64,000 bases of DNA. It comes from Paragordius varius (lineage: Eukaryota; Animalia; Nematomorpha). Made by a program: the position numbers and the translations under genes. Below the pieces are notes generated by a model. The model was not told where the DNA came from, searched no databases, and saw only the letters and a program-made list of their open reading frames with translations. Below, one piece after another: positions 25,401 to 38,028 of this stretch; the first letter of the stretch is position 1; each line of letters starts with the position of its first letter. The DNA lies in NCBI GenBank assembly GCA_964247055.1, contig OZ176055.1, forward strand, positions 1,798,001-1,862,000. The letters are read 5' to 3'.

Positions 25401-27719
25401 AGCCGCTAATAAGGGTGTTGTAGCTTATTTCAATTTTAAGACTTTCAAATTCCCCGATGTGGAACATGTGTATTTTGACTGTTTTGCCAATATATGTCAT
25501 CAAAAATGTCCTACACGAGTAAAATTTATTACTTTTATAAAATATCTCGTTTCCGATTTGATGAAAATACATAATGGATATATGATATTTTAGCCCGAAA
25601 ATTTTTGCAACAACCGTATCAAACGTTCGCTGAATTATACCTATAACAACTCTGATGAATTAAACAATCAAGGGACCAACAACAGCGATGGTTCAAACAG
25701 TTCTGCCGTAACACAAAAAATAAATTTGTTTCAGGGTGTTAAAGTCATTTTGAAGGGTGAAGAGGAAATCGATGAAATCGGTATATTTTTTCTGTTATGT
25801 TATTGAAATAAAAAGTATATTAATAAAAATGTATGCATTTAAAGCAAAGGTATCCAGCACGCGACCCTCCAAAGTATTTCTCCCGCAAGGACAAATTTTA
25901 AAAAATACTAAATAGACAATATAATTAAAATGTTTTTACCAAATCTTGGTAAAATGGATGGCAATAAAGTTATTGTATTCGCATTTTTTTACTGTCATAT
26001 GTATAACTCCAACTAAATATGTATTAATGCCCACATATTTTTCGAATATCAACCGTCGGATTTTTTGAGTCAGTTCGCGAAGCCATATGTGTTGGACACC
26101 TCCGATTTAAAGCATTGTTAATCTTTCTTTAATCAATAACTTTATACCATTTACGCATGTCTAAAATGAACTATATTTTACAATCTATTAAAATATTAAT
26201 ATTTAGAACAAATATACCAAATTCAACGGAAAAAGATATCATGCGCATGCAATAATGGCCAAATTTACATTGCCCTACTGATAATCATAATATTATTTGT
26301 CATTTTATCTTTGCTCCTTTTCACCCTGATAGCTAAATGCTATAATTTTAGCGGTATCCCATTTTTCGAGAATGTGTTCCTCAAACGTATGAATAAAATA
26401 GATTGTCAATTCGAAGATTTGAAATGATATTCGATCGTTCAATACAACAAAATTATAATTACATTTCACAATATATTATTATATATATATATATATAAAC
26501 TTGATGCCATAAGATATCTAAATTTATATATTTGATAATGTAAAAAATCTCATCTTGATACTTTTATTATTATTATTATTATTATGCATATTTACAATAA
26601 ATTTATTATAAATACAAAATAAATATTATCCCCGTGACCGTAATATATAATCTTTGGGAACATAATTGCGATTCAATTAAATATGAGCTGATTATAATTA
26701 CAGTGAAATTGAAATTACAGTGTGCGTAAGTATACATTGATTGAAAGTTATTAATTATTGCCAAATAGCATATACAACAAAGGGTATTATTATATATGTA
26801 TAATTCAGCTAAAATTATATAAATTTATTATGATATTTCGATCACTACAAGTAATCCTTGTCAAGCGTAAAAATAAAATTAAAATATAAACTAAAATTTA
26901 AATTCTAAAGTAAAAATACAGTATTATTAGCTTATAGTTATTTTTTTTACTATTAGCCAATAATTCTCTTTACTGCGTATGCTATTTGGCAATATAATAA
27001 TAACTTTTTTAGCAATATATACTTAGTCTTACTGTATATAAACAAAACGTAAAAATATATAATATTTTTTCAGGAAGAAGTTGTTATAAATCTCATTAAC
27101 CAGTACACCGACTGCGTAATAAAATGGATCCCGATTTTTGTTAGCCCAAAAAATAGAGCCTTTATTATTCGGTCAACAAAAAATCGTGTTTTCCATACCT
27201 TGCAATAAAAGTAATATTTGAATTGGAAAGTGCATTTATAAATAGGGTATTATAAATTTAAATTTTGAGATTTTATGATTTTTTTAAAAAAAAATATATA
27301 AATGTTATGGTAATATATTAATATAAAAGTGGACGTTTTTACTGATCAAGGAGGGATAAATTAATTGTTTAACCCGTTCAATATTTCAGATGGAAAACAA
27401 AATAAAAGTTTAATCGAGCAGAGCAAAACTTAGTTTGAATGATTAAAAAAGCTATTTTGTTTTATCTATAAATTTTATTCAAATTATTCATTTTTCTATC
27501 TAAGGTACCGAAAAGCAATTTAAAATTAAGAAACTGCAGAAGCTTAGCTTGCATTTCTGGCGTCCGCATGAATCCATGATGGCCCCTCCTGCCCCTCTAT
27601 GCAACCCCTTGCATTTAACAAAAATAATCAAATTCAAACCGTGGGCTGAGAAAGCGCTTGAAGATAAATTGGAGAAATATAATAAAATAATGAAACAGTT
27701 GGTTAGATATAAATATTGA
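16499..27719 (+). CDS. ZP-domain (cuticlin/dusky-like) type I membrane protein. Exons 16499-16554, 16708-16784, 17285-17398, 17470-17544, 18901-19017, 19590-20123, 20306-20496, 20996(or 21002)-21174, 21813-21967, 22412-22490, 25284-25518, 25594-25780, 26207-26386, then a terminal exon (best candidate 27505-27719)
   Basis: All junctions are GT-AG and phase-compatible. Signal peptide GLLLFSLVCGTILG; ZP-N DIRVFC...FEGVIYTKG...C...IPLDGCGT; ZP-C GCPVD...FKTFKFPDVEHVYFDCFANICHQKCP; furin site RIKR; hydrophobic strand LFQGVKVI; TM IYIALLIIIILFVILSLLLFTLIA. The last exon is uncertain. Confidence 0.88.
16887..17207. mobile_element. MITE family C, copy 2 (in ZP intron)
   Basis: tataccatttact...gtaaatggcgtata inverted ends with internal caaattc/gaatttg repeats. 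Confidence 0.7.
17602..17787. mobile_element. Palindromic MITE (family D)
   Basis: tacagtatgcattttaatggttgcttatttca ... tgaaataagcaaccattaaaatgcata inverted repeat. Confidence 0.7.
22013..22208. mobile_element. Palindromic MITE family B, copy 1
   Basis: tacagtaaaaattgaaactatacggacaaaacg ... cgttttgtccgtataatatcagttttttactgta. A second copy lies at 30028-30304. Confidence 0.75.
22513..24391. mobile_element. Foldback-like element, about 1.9-kb near-perfect palindrome with TA target duplication
   Basis: TA|CAGTCATGTAGACTTTATATTG ... CAATATAAAGTCTACATGACTG|TA. The arms match over about 900 bp. Internal modular repeats caggtaaaaatgcggttt / aaaccgcaatttttacctg. No ORF. Confidence 0.88.
24807..24990. 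mobile_element. Palindromic MITE (family E)
   Basis: taccatttttcagt ... actgaaaaaatggta TIRs with inverted gcaac/gttgc submotifs. Confidence 0.7.
26716..27036. mobile_element. MITE family A, copy 2 (with internal insertion)
   Basis: Same TIR and internal motifs as 1324-1516. Confidence 0.7.
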
Positions 27720-28434
27720 TGATACTAAAAGAGAATTTCGATCAAGATTGAAGATCATGACCACTCATTGAGTGATTTTTTATGTATTATTTGAAATAAT
27801 AATTTTTAAATACCTATTTATTTGAAACGACATTATTTTTTAAAATCCGGCGCTCATTCAAATATGGGCCAATGAATTAGTGCGCAGAAAATCAGCGTTT
27901 TTGGACAAAACTAATGCACGTTCCTATATTTTGTTTAGGTTTACTTCAAATATTTTATATCGCATTTATAAACCCTTTACTATATAACTATTGAAGCTTA
28001 TTAAAAACAAGCTATATAAAGTATTTTACTATAGTGTATTGATAAGGAAAGTTTTTCATTTGGATAAGTAAATAATTTTTAACAATCATTTAAAATAAAG
28101 CAAAATGTTCACAAATTTCTAAATCTATTCTCCTTATATATTACGGACCATCTAAAATATTTTCCAATTCTAAAAGCTGGTGAGTTTCTTTATCCAAAAA
28201 TTAATGTTATCAAACTACATTTTTAATCCTAAATTCGCAATATATATATATATATATATAAATATATATAAAACAAGATATTACTACAAAATTTATTAAT
28301 TTGTCAGGTGTGAAACTAAAAGTAATTAGCAAAACCAAATTTGGGTATAAAAGTTAGCAATGACAATATTTTATAGTATGAGTATAGTAAAAAGTAAAAT
28401 AGACATAAAATATAATCATCTATATATTTTATTG

Positions 28435-31400
28435 CTAAGCTACAACTAAATCACGGGTACGTTTATTCCACACACTGGTTCGTTTTATGCCCACCGTAGG
28501 CCTCGCAATCGTTGAGAAAGGATTTTTATTAACTTCAACATGGATTCCATGCTGTTGAAACAATTGCTTTAATTGACATTCACCAAGCTCATTGACTAAA
28601 TTAAAAATGTCGAGACTGGTAAACTTTTTGAGACCGGTTAATTCTCTAAAATGAAGGAATAATATAAATTGTGTATTATATATGCATGGAGCAAATTGAT
28701 GCAATATGGATTATATATATAGTTGAAAATGTTAGGTTTTTTTTATTTTTCATTAAAGTTGTGTGGACTTAAACGGATATCAAAGATAAAACAAATAATA
28801 AATTTATATAAATATTAAATAGAAACATCTACAAATATTTTTTTATATTGAGACTATTTTTTATATTAAAAGCGCGTTAGGGTTTTACCGACAGTCATAA
28901 TCAATATATTATGAAGTAATCGTGGTTTATGTTTAAAACATTTATTCCCATCTAAAGAGACGATCAAATAACTCTACTACACTCGCGAACCAAAAATATA
29001 AAATTATAAAGTAAACTGGTACCCAATAAATGATATAATAAAAATGTTGGGGCAGGCATTATTAACATAGTGTTTGTTCACCATAAGTTAAGTTAATTAA
29101 TAGAAATTGACCTCTTAAAATTTTTTTAATAAATAAGATTCCCAAATTCATGCATTTTTACTTTTCTTAGTTTTGGATATTATTGATATCTTTCATCCTT
29201 TTTAGATTTGTCATTTGGTATAGACAAAATTATTTTTTGAAAAAAATATAAATTATTTTGTACATACAAAAGTTTGTTGGGATCAATTTTATAGCATCGA
29301 CTTAAGGCTAAGGCAGTTAAATTGGGTAATTGTTTAGATATAGTAGTTATACAAGCATTAGTTAATTGATTGCAATCACTTAAATCAAGTTCCTCTAAAA
29401 GCGGACTACACGAAACGATGCACGATACATCTATAAAAAGGATAAAAAAACATATATAATTATGATTTATGAATAAATTTATTGGATTTAAAAAAATTTG
29501 ATAATATGGTTCTAAAAAATGATGAAGGCTATAAATTATTTTTATCAATTGCCATTTAGTTCATATAATTAGTCATTATTAATAACGAAAGCTAAGAAAA
29601 TCGCAATGGTAATAGCAATTTTGAATTACAATATTTATTTTCATTTTTGGAATTTATTGACTGGTTTGACCAAATTCATATCTCAAAAATTGATTTATGG
29701 CCTAAAAGCATATATATATTAAGAGGCCAACATGCAACATGCCCTTTGAGACTTTATGAGAATTTGGAAATCCATAAATTATAAATATATGCTCATATAA
29801 CAAAATTTCCTAAATAAGTCTAACCAATTGGAAAGAACTAGAAAAAAATTGCTATATTGTGTTTGCATTTTACAGTTTTACGTTACAAATCTAATAAATT
29901 CCTTATGAATGCTCATACACATATATTATATTTCGAATGCGGCCCGCAAAGCCATTTGTGTTGAACACTTCCGGTATTCGGGATTGATATTAATATATGT
30001 AATTAAACGTTTTTTTAGCAACGTAATTACGGTAATAATTGAAATTATACGGACAAAACATTAAAATATAAGGGAAAATATTTTTTTTTCAAAAACAATA
30101 ATACTTTTTTAAACCCTAATTTATCCTATAAATAAAATACATAATTAATTGTGTTACCAATTTAAATCTCTATTATAACTTGCCATTTAAACAATGAGTT
30201 GTATTTAAAAAAAATAAGATTAAAAAAGTATGGTTGTCTTTTAGAAAAGAATATTTGTCTTTGTATTTTAACATTTTGTCCGTTTAATTCCACTTTTTAC
30301 TGTAATTACGAAAAACATAATTTATACCCGAATCTAAAAGATGATCCCTATAACCACTCATGTTTAAGCGTTTTAAAGTTTTTGGTAAGTTTTGGCAAAC
30401 TAATTTAAGATCCGGCTCCGATAAATTTGTCCAGGCCAAATTCAATTCAATCACACTAAAGAAACAATAAAGTGATTGAATTATTAAAGTAAAAGATATT
30501 ATCAAAGTTTTCTTCATAAAAAGTTCCGTTAATAAAAGAAATTAATCAGCCATATTTTTAGCACCATTTTCGATATAGTTGATATAATAAGGTATATTAA
30601 TGGTTTTCGCCTTTTAAACGGTTAATATTGAAAAAATATAAATGCATATAAGATGATAATCGTATCATAAGGGTCCTTAAATATGGGGTTAAAGACACCA
30701 TCAACTCCATATTTTCGAAATCCTATATAATAGATATCTTTATTCGTATTGGCTATATAAAAATTAAAATACTGAAAATAAAGGTGTTTAATATTTCAGG
30801 CCTTAACATTTCACGCATTTATTTATTCAAACGAGTATCTAATCAATAAAATAATATAACTCAATATTTTGACGATCCAAGTATCGTAAAAACATAAAGA
30901 AACAATATAGTTTATCGTATATTAGTAAGATAAAAAATAAAATTAGACCCTTAAATTTTTGAATTTATATTTTACCTGTTTTTTGCAAATAATTGTACGA
31001 GCAATTCGCCAGAAAAGCCGGAACATCGAGCAAAATTAACTATTTGTAAATTTGAAAGTTGAGCCAATCTAAGCATAAATTAAAAATAAAATTAAAACAA
31101 ATACAATAATGCTAAATCATGGTATTTAGTGAAACTTTTTACTATATTAAAAACCAAAGAATATTAAACCAGAGTAAAGAATGGATAGAATTCACTCTTA
31201 AAAGTATTAAGCCTATTTTCATTGTTTTATATTTTCAAATGTTTTTAGGGAATAATCCAATTATGAAAACAAATATTTAAAAGTAGATAACTTGATCTTT
31301 TCCCATACGTTAAAATGTGCAGCTAATTAGCTATAACATACATATATAAAATTTACCACATAAAAATTTGTACTTTATGCACACATATAAATCAAAATAA

Positions 31401-33106
31401 TTTTTTTCTCTAATTCTTAAACAATAGCTCATCGATTTCGGGTCTTGTACAAAAATAAAACTTAAAAATATTTTGCTATATGACGTTATTATCGTTGTAC
31501 ATAAATTTGTTAACATTTATTAAAAATAAGGACAGTTTATATTTAAAAAAATTGATAGCTTATTTAAAATATCCATGTAGTTGTAAAACTTTTTTGAACT
31601 TTAAAAACGGGGTCGATAAAATTAATAAACATGTCATTAGGCTAAAATTTTCAAAAGTATTCTTGGATTAAGATTGCAAAGTTAAGAATTATTATCAAGA
31701 TAATCCCTTGCGAACACTTATTTAAATTCTAGATTAGAACCTATTAACGCGAACAAATGTATAAATTAAATGTGCAAGGTGTTTGGTATTGTTACCAAAA
31801 AACACCGCTTAATTTTATTTAATAAAATTTGCAAAGACTCTACAACAAAATTGTACATGGCAAAAACAATCAATTTTATTTCATTGTATTTCTTATAATG
31901 GTTTTAATGTGGCAAAAAACACTATTTGAAAAGGTATGCGATTTAAAACCATAATATTTTTTGTAAGCTTAGCAATAATTTATTTATCCCTCTTGTCAAA
32001 CTTTATCCAAAAAACGTAAAAATAACTAATTTCTATAAGAAATCAACAAATTTTCTAAACTTTATAAAAATCATAAAACTTAGCTATAATTAAAATAAAA
32101 AAAAATATTCTGATTACGCTGAGATATCTCCATCAATCACATAATCCTCAAGACTTAAATGGGTTATCATTTGGTTTGTTGCAAACACTGAATTTAACAA
32201 GCTATTGGGGATGCGGGAAAAACTGAAATCTGCATGAATTAATTTTCCATTTTCGTCATTTCTTAAATTTATAATAAATGAAAGGTAGGGTTAGGTTATA
32301 TGGTTAGAAATGAAATAACAAAGAATAATAAAAAAAACGTAATTTAACTAATTTTGGGTTTTTAAATTACAATTAATGGGTCTAACCGGTATTTATGACG
32401 GTGATTTAACCTTATAAATATAACCCGAAATAAAAATTATTTTATGCAATGTTAACGAAAGATAAATGAAATTTTAAACCCGACTTAACCGGCTTTATTT
32501 TTGGACTGGTCAAGACCCTAAATTAAAGAATATTTTATTAATTTTGATGATTAAGAATAAAAAAAAGCTTCAAGTGAGCATAAAATTCCGTGTTTTAAAA
32601 CAAAATCTTAGGTATATAGTTTAAGCCAGAAAGGATATGAGTTAAAAAAATAATTCTCAAATCATAGAGATCATAAACCTTTTATATTTTATTTCTTCGG
32701 TCGAGTCACACAAAATCTATAATGATATAAATAATAGGAACTTCTATTTGGTAGGCGCGTAGGGTTTTTATACCTAACCGTAATAGATGCGAAAAACTAA
32801 TTTCAGAAATTTTTTTATTGCTTATATCCAAACATGGCCATAAAATTTCAGCATGGCTTAAAATTAAAGATTAAAATACCAAACAGCATAAAATCTTTGG
32901 CATGTCAAAGAAATTTTACACAAATCTTTTTTACATATCCAATTAAAAATGGTCAGGATCAATTCATTAGAGAGCTTATTCCAATAATCTTGATTAACAT
33001 TTATTAAATATATACTTTGTCTGTTCTTTGGGCATACAAAATCTTGTTTGTCCCATGGTGGAGAAAGTGTAAGGTCCTTTTTAATATCGTATACTTTTAT
33101 GGACAT
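28435..33106 (-). CDS. SKP2: S-phase kinase-associated protein 2 (F-box/LRR). Exons 33106-32880, 32856-~32742, (small exon(s) ~32520-32380 unresolved), 32261-32118, 31068-30976, 30455-30328, 29430-29268, 28645-28435
   Basis: F-box WNKLSNELILTIFNWICKKDLCKISLTCQRFY; LRRs LQIVNFARCSGFS, VIELNLAWT, LKRLNMSGYR, LEELDLSDC, LTALALSRCY; and the diagnostic C-terminal FSTIARPTVGIKRTSVW, matching the SKP2 tail. Confidence 0.92.
30028..30304. mobile_element. MITE family B, copy 2 (in SKP2 intron)
   Basis: tacggtaataattgaaattatacggacaaaac ... gttttgtccg...ttttactgta. Confidence 0.7.
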
Positions 33107-33262
33107 TAGGCAAATTTTTAAATGCGCGGTGAAATTAAATACATGTGTTGAGACACATTTACCGTACGAATAAAACTATATAGTTGTTTTTTTAAATTTG
33201 TCTTTAACATTTTCTACTTCAAAGCCTTACATAATAAAAACATATATAATGAAATAAAATTA

Positions 33263-33813
33263 TTAACGATTCGAATTTCGGGTATCTAAATACCCCAGAA
33301 CAATTTTGAGGTGGGATTTTTTAAAAACTACTGAAGGAAACGGTCTCATTTTTAATTAATGCTTCAATCCTGGTAAAATATTTATAAATATGCCAAAATA
33401 TCTAAAAACAACTTTGGTTTCAAAAAAATTCATGTCAAACTACCTCGATGACATTTTTATTTTACTAAAATTTTTACCGTCTTCATTTAATTTTAAGGGT
33501 TTAAAGCTACATCTAAAATTGATAGAAGTAGAGAAAACGGGTTAATTTGTATTATTTTTCAATTTTATTATTGCACTCATGTTACGTGACTAAATTTTTA
33601 CCTTTCGGTTTTATCTTAAAATAAGTAATATCAAATATTTTTGAATAAAGTTTTTTTATAAATTTCGATTTATTAATGTTAATAAGTGTAAAGTTTTGCC
33701 ATGGTATTCCTTTCATATTTTTTAAAGAATTTAATTTTACACAAGCCTGGGGTATTTAACTACCCCAATTTGAGTCGAAGGAATAAAATGAATGAGTTGC
33801 ATCCAAGTGTTAA
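33263..33813 (+). mobile_element. About 550-bp TTAA-flanked non-autonomous element (piggyBac-like target site), just upstream of the SKP2 ATG
   Basis: TTAA at both ends, right end ccaagtg|TTAA. Colinear with copies at 51764-52333 (-) and 59700-60254 (+). Confidence 0.65.
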
Positions 33814-35849
33814 TGGAGAGGTAATTAAAATATTATAAATATAACATGTATTCAAAACAGGGAGGATAGGATAGTCAAATGTATAAATAAGTCGGTGTCA
33901 GCTATCCTCTATATTCTTTTACCCATACAGACAAAAAAACAATGAGGATATGATACTCATGTTGTTTTTGATTTTGGGGCTTACGAGTCAATTATAAAGA
34001 CTAGAGCTTATTGCCTTTAAAGAATCATTTTATTATTATATTAAACAGTACTCTTGCGTATGATTCAAAAATTATTTATACTTTGTAAATCCATAAAAAT
34101 GGCAAAAATTCCGCTTTGTTGAATAAAACTTTATGGGTGAAAATTAGAAATTAAATGCAAAAAATATATAAATATTATTGATATAGAAAGCATGACAAGG
34201 TGGGATAAAAAAATATTTGACTTGACTTGAAAGTTTTTCAAGTCTGCTTTCATGTGATAAAAAAAATTTAACATTAGACGAGAGAAGTCAGCAATAAAAT
34301 GATTTGGAGGTCATAAAAAATCATATGATCAAGTAAAATTTAAATTTTTAATTGTATATAGTCCACACTTGACAGATTTAAAAATATACATATAAAAATA
34401 TGCTAAATTTATCAATTCCGTGAACCCGCAAAATAAATTGATTCACGAAAACATCAAATCAATATTTAAGTCCCAATCTTGTTAAAAATTTCGAATCAAT
34501 GTACATAAATAAACGCTAAAGTACTTCATCATTAAAATATGTAGAGATTATTTTATCACAAATTTATTTTAAATGCAATGTTGATAATCAATTGAAAATA
34601 ATAATATATTATATTGCATAAACATCTTCCCATTATAATTGCAAATGGACTTCTAACAAAATAAATTGCGTGGTAAATAATGGAAAGTGTTTTAGGGCGA
34701 TTAATTTAATCAGCATAAACATTTTAGTTACCAATTAGAAAAACTTATTACGCCCACTGAGTTTGAAATTCAATAAATGCATATTGTATTGATTGTTTAT
34801 CTTTTTGTGCCTTATTTCATAAATTTTGGTTGAAAATGATCAAAATGATATTCGTAAAATTTGAATTGGGTGGCAAAAAAATATTACATTCATGGCAAAA
34901 GACTTGACTTAATTGTTTTTTATATCACCGATCTTCAAGTCCACACTTTGCTGGCTTGAGGAAACTTGCTGAGCTTGATTTACGGGTCAAGTGCCCTTTT
35001 TTCATCACCCCATCCTGGATAGATCATACAAAAAAATGAAATGCATCCTTTATTTAGAATATTTGTTCGATTGTTATGCATATATTATTTGGAAGCTTAA
35101 GGGAAACTGTAAGAATTTCGGTTAACATAAAAACATCATAGAGGATGTTTACCATTTCTTTAAACTTGGAATAAAGGTTTGAATCATTTTTGGGGAAAAT
35201 TTGTAAAGAAAACACAATTTATATAAAAAATTAATTTAAAGTATTATAATCGAATATGGTACCAGATATGTTCAGCATTATCAATAGTTTTTATGATATT
35301 TTAAAATCATGCTTTAAAATAGCATGAAGTACGGTTCACCAAAATTTTAATTAAATTATTGATAATTGTATGCATTTTATGAAGAATTTTTTTTACGATG
35401 CCACATCGCAAAATCTCGACATTTTTGCGTTTATTTTTAAGTGGCTGGTTGGGGGGGGGGTTCTGGGAAAAAAGATTTTCGGAGCCGACATTTATAAAAC
35501 TTTATAATATTGTTTTTTAATATAGTATATCATATAAAAAAATTAAAAAAGGCGGGAAAAAAATTATTTTTCATGATATGCGCATGCGAATTTTTGACAT
35601 GGAGAAACTCCATAAATGTCTTCCAACTTAAATTACCCATAAGGCCCAATACTAAAGCACAATCACAATAATGATATTATTGATCTATTTTCATCAAGAT
35701 AGTTTACATACCCCCAATTTCGTACGCAGTGTAGCGTGATCCTCTAATTCGATTTTTTGTTATGGACAATTAGAAAATAAGTGTTTTCTTCGTAAAGTCC
35801 AAAGCCACTATAAAAATCTTGATATATAATATATATAAAAATATCAATC

Positions 35850-36010
35850 AGGATATGCCGGATGTAGTGATAAGTCATTAATGTAATTAAGAGAAGACGT
35901 CCGCTTATATTATACAGACGATTAATTTGCTATAAACCCCATTTTGTTCATCTGACACAATAACACATAATTTGAGTTCTCCAAAGAGAAATCCGTATCA
36001 TTCAATAACA
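35850..36010 (+). mobile_element. 5' untranslated fragment of the mariner family
   Basis: cagacgattaattt...accccattttgtt is shared with 45860-45900 in the leader of the mariner at 45802. Confidence 0.45.
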
Positions 36011-37113
36011 CCGAATAAAAAAATTCTACGGCACGCACTTATAAAGTCATTTTCAGGTGTAATCATAGCCCTAGCCAATTTTTAATAATTAAACACTATG
36101 AATCCATCTATATCTTATCTGATAATACTCCAGCTATGATGGAAAAATTTAAATTCAAAGTTCAAGCGAATAGATTTTTCAAGAATGACTCATGATAACT
36201 AACGACTCAAGAATTAATATTTTTTTTCCAATCTTTTAAATCAATGTAACACCACCTAATTTCCAATTACTATATAAAAATGAATAAAAATATAATGGTG
36301 TCAAAAAATCGATTTGTAAAATGTAATGATCAATATTTGGATATTTGATATGAAATCAGCCGGATTTTTTTGGTCGACATGCGGCTGATTAAGCTTTTAA
36401 ATAAATATCATTAATTTCATTGTCTGTGATACTGGTTAGTTTAAGAAATATGATACCAATCTGACCACTTATAAATGATGTCTATAATCACCACCAGTCA
36501 TCATATCAAATGTAAAATATTTGTTGCAACTAATGAAATTAACCGTTTAAATAGTTATAATAAGTGTCTAAATATTATAAATAATTAATAATTTTACAAC
36601 CGTTTATTAATTTATTATATGTAATAAACATTTTAGTATGGCGGCCCATAAGCCTTTTAAGAAGTTTGATCAGTTTAATATATCAAATTATATCGCGCTT
36701 TATACGCCAATTAGAGTGTCTGGATACATTATAATATAAAATTATACGAGCTTATAACAAAAATAATTAAAAAATTAATACATAATTTCTATTATAGCGC
36801 AATAACTTTGAGTTAATTTAAAATAAGTGGCTTTACTGGAAGTTTGGACTAGCTTTAAAAAACATTGTTTTGAGTCAAGAATACCCGTACCGTTTTACCA
36901 AACACTATTAATTAAACATAAATAATATTTCAAATTTTCAACTATAATTTATTATTTGTATCTAAATGAATTAATAGTTCATTCGTTCATATATAAAATT
37001 TGATAAAAAAATATATTTTTTAATTCCACAACATATATAAAAAATTATACAAAAATATTGTTATTAAAAAATAATCTGTATGTGATTTAATCACCAATGA
37101 TATATATTTTAAT

Positions 37114-37298
37114 TACAATATGAGTAAGTATATGCTAGAAAGTTATTAATTTTTGCCAATTAGCATATACAACAAAGGGCAGTATTATTGGCTTATAATT
37201 ATTTTTTTCACTTTTTATAATTATTTGTCAATATTAATTCTCTTTGTTGCATCGGCAATAATTAATAACTTTTTAGCAATATACTTATTCATACTGTA
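37114..37298. mobile_element. MITE family A, copy 3
   Basis: tacaatatgagtaagtatatgctag ... gcaatatacttattcatactgta. Confidence 0.72.
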
Positions 37299-38028
37299 AT
37301 ATTAAGTAATTAATTTATAATAAGCGGGGATGCAGACAAATGTTTGTATATATAATGATATATTTTTTATGCATATTTACTGACTGCAAACATAAAAAAC
37401 CCTTAGTTATAATCGCCAATCATTGAATGTGATAAGGCCTGGTGAAAGGTTTAAAATATATGGCAAATTAATTTTTGGTATTTCAAAGCAGAGCAGTATA
37501 TTCGTATTTGTGATTGATTGTCAAACATCAATTATTACAGTACATTGTAAAGTTAATTTTTATTGTAGGGTGGTTTTACAGTTTTATATATCACAATTAC
37601 ATGCTTTAAATGATTAAGATGATGGGAGAGGCAAGGGGTAGTGTGGTATTTTTAGGAAGATATTTTTTATGTAATATCAAATTTTCCAAAAAAAGAAATA
37701 AAATACTAAAAAATCGTATCATACAACCTTGTTAACTTGCATAATTTTGCATTGTAACATTTATTTATATAATATAATTTAATTTAAGTATAGTAGGATA
37801 AAAACAAAGCAGATTTGACCATATTTATAATAAATATAAGTGGGAGACATAATATATATAATATTTAGTTTAAAAATGAATGAGTATATGATCACATGGG
37901 TGCAAGATAGCACATAATCCACGGCCCACTAATTCAATTTAATATATTTCCTTAGGCTCACAATACAAAAAAAGTTAAATTGTCAAATTAAATTATATCC
38001 CCATAACAGAGAGGAGTAGGTAATGTGA

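Noticed and set aside
25845-25915. Initial idea that the ZP protein lacks a transmembrane anchor
   Set aside because: A phase-compatible exon at 26207-26386 encodes a clear TM helix. The TM-less form is kept only as a possible alternative.
10608-28270. (AT)n microsatellites (for example 10608-10630, 11716-11741, 15845-15865, 28240-28270)
   Set aside because: Ordinary simple repeats, expected at this AT content.
33115-33135. E2F site upstream of SKP2 (TTTCACCGCGC on the minus strand)
   Set aside because: It is an imperfect match to the TTTSSCGC consensus and cannot be supported from sequence alone.
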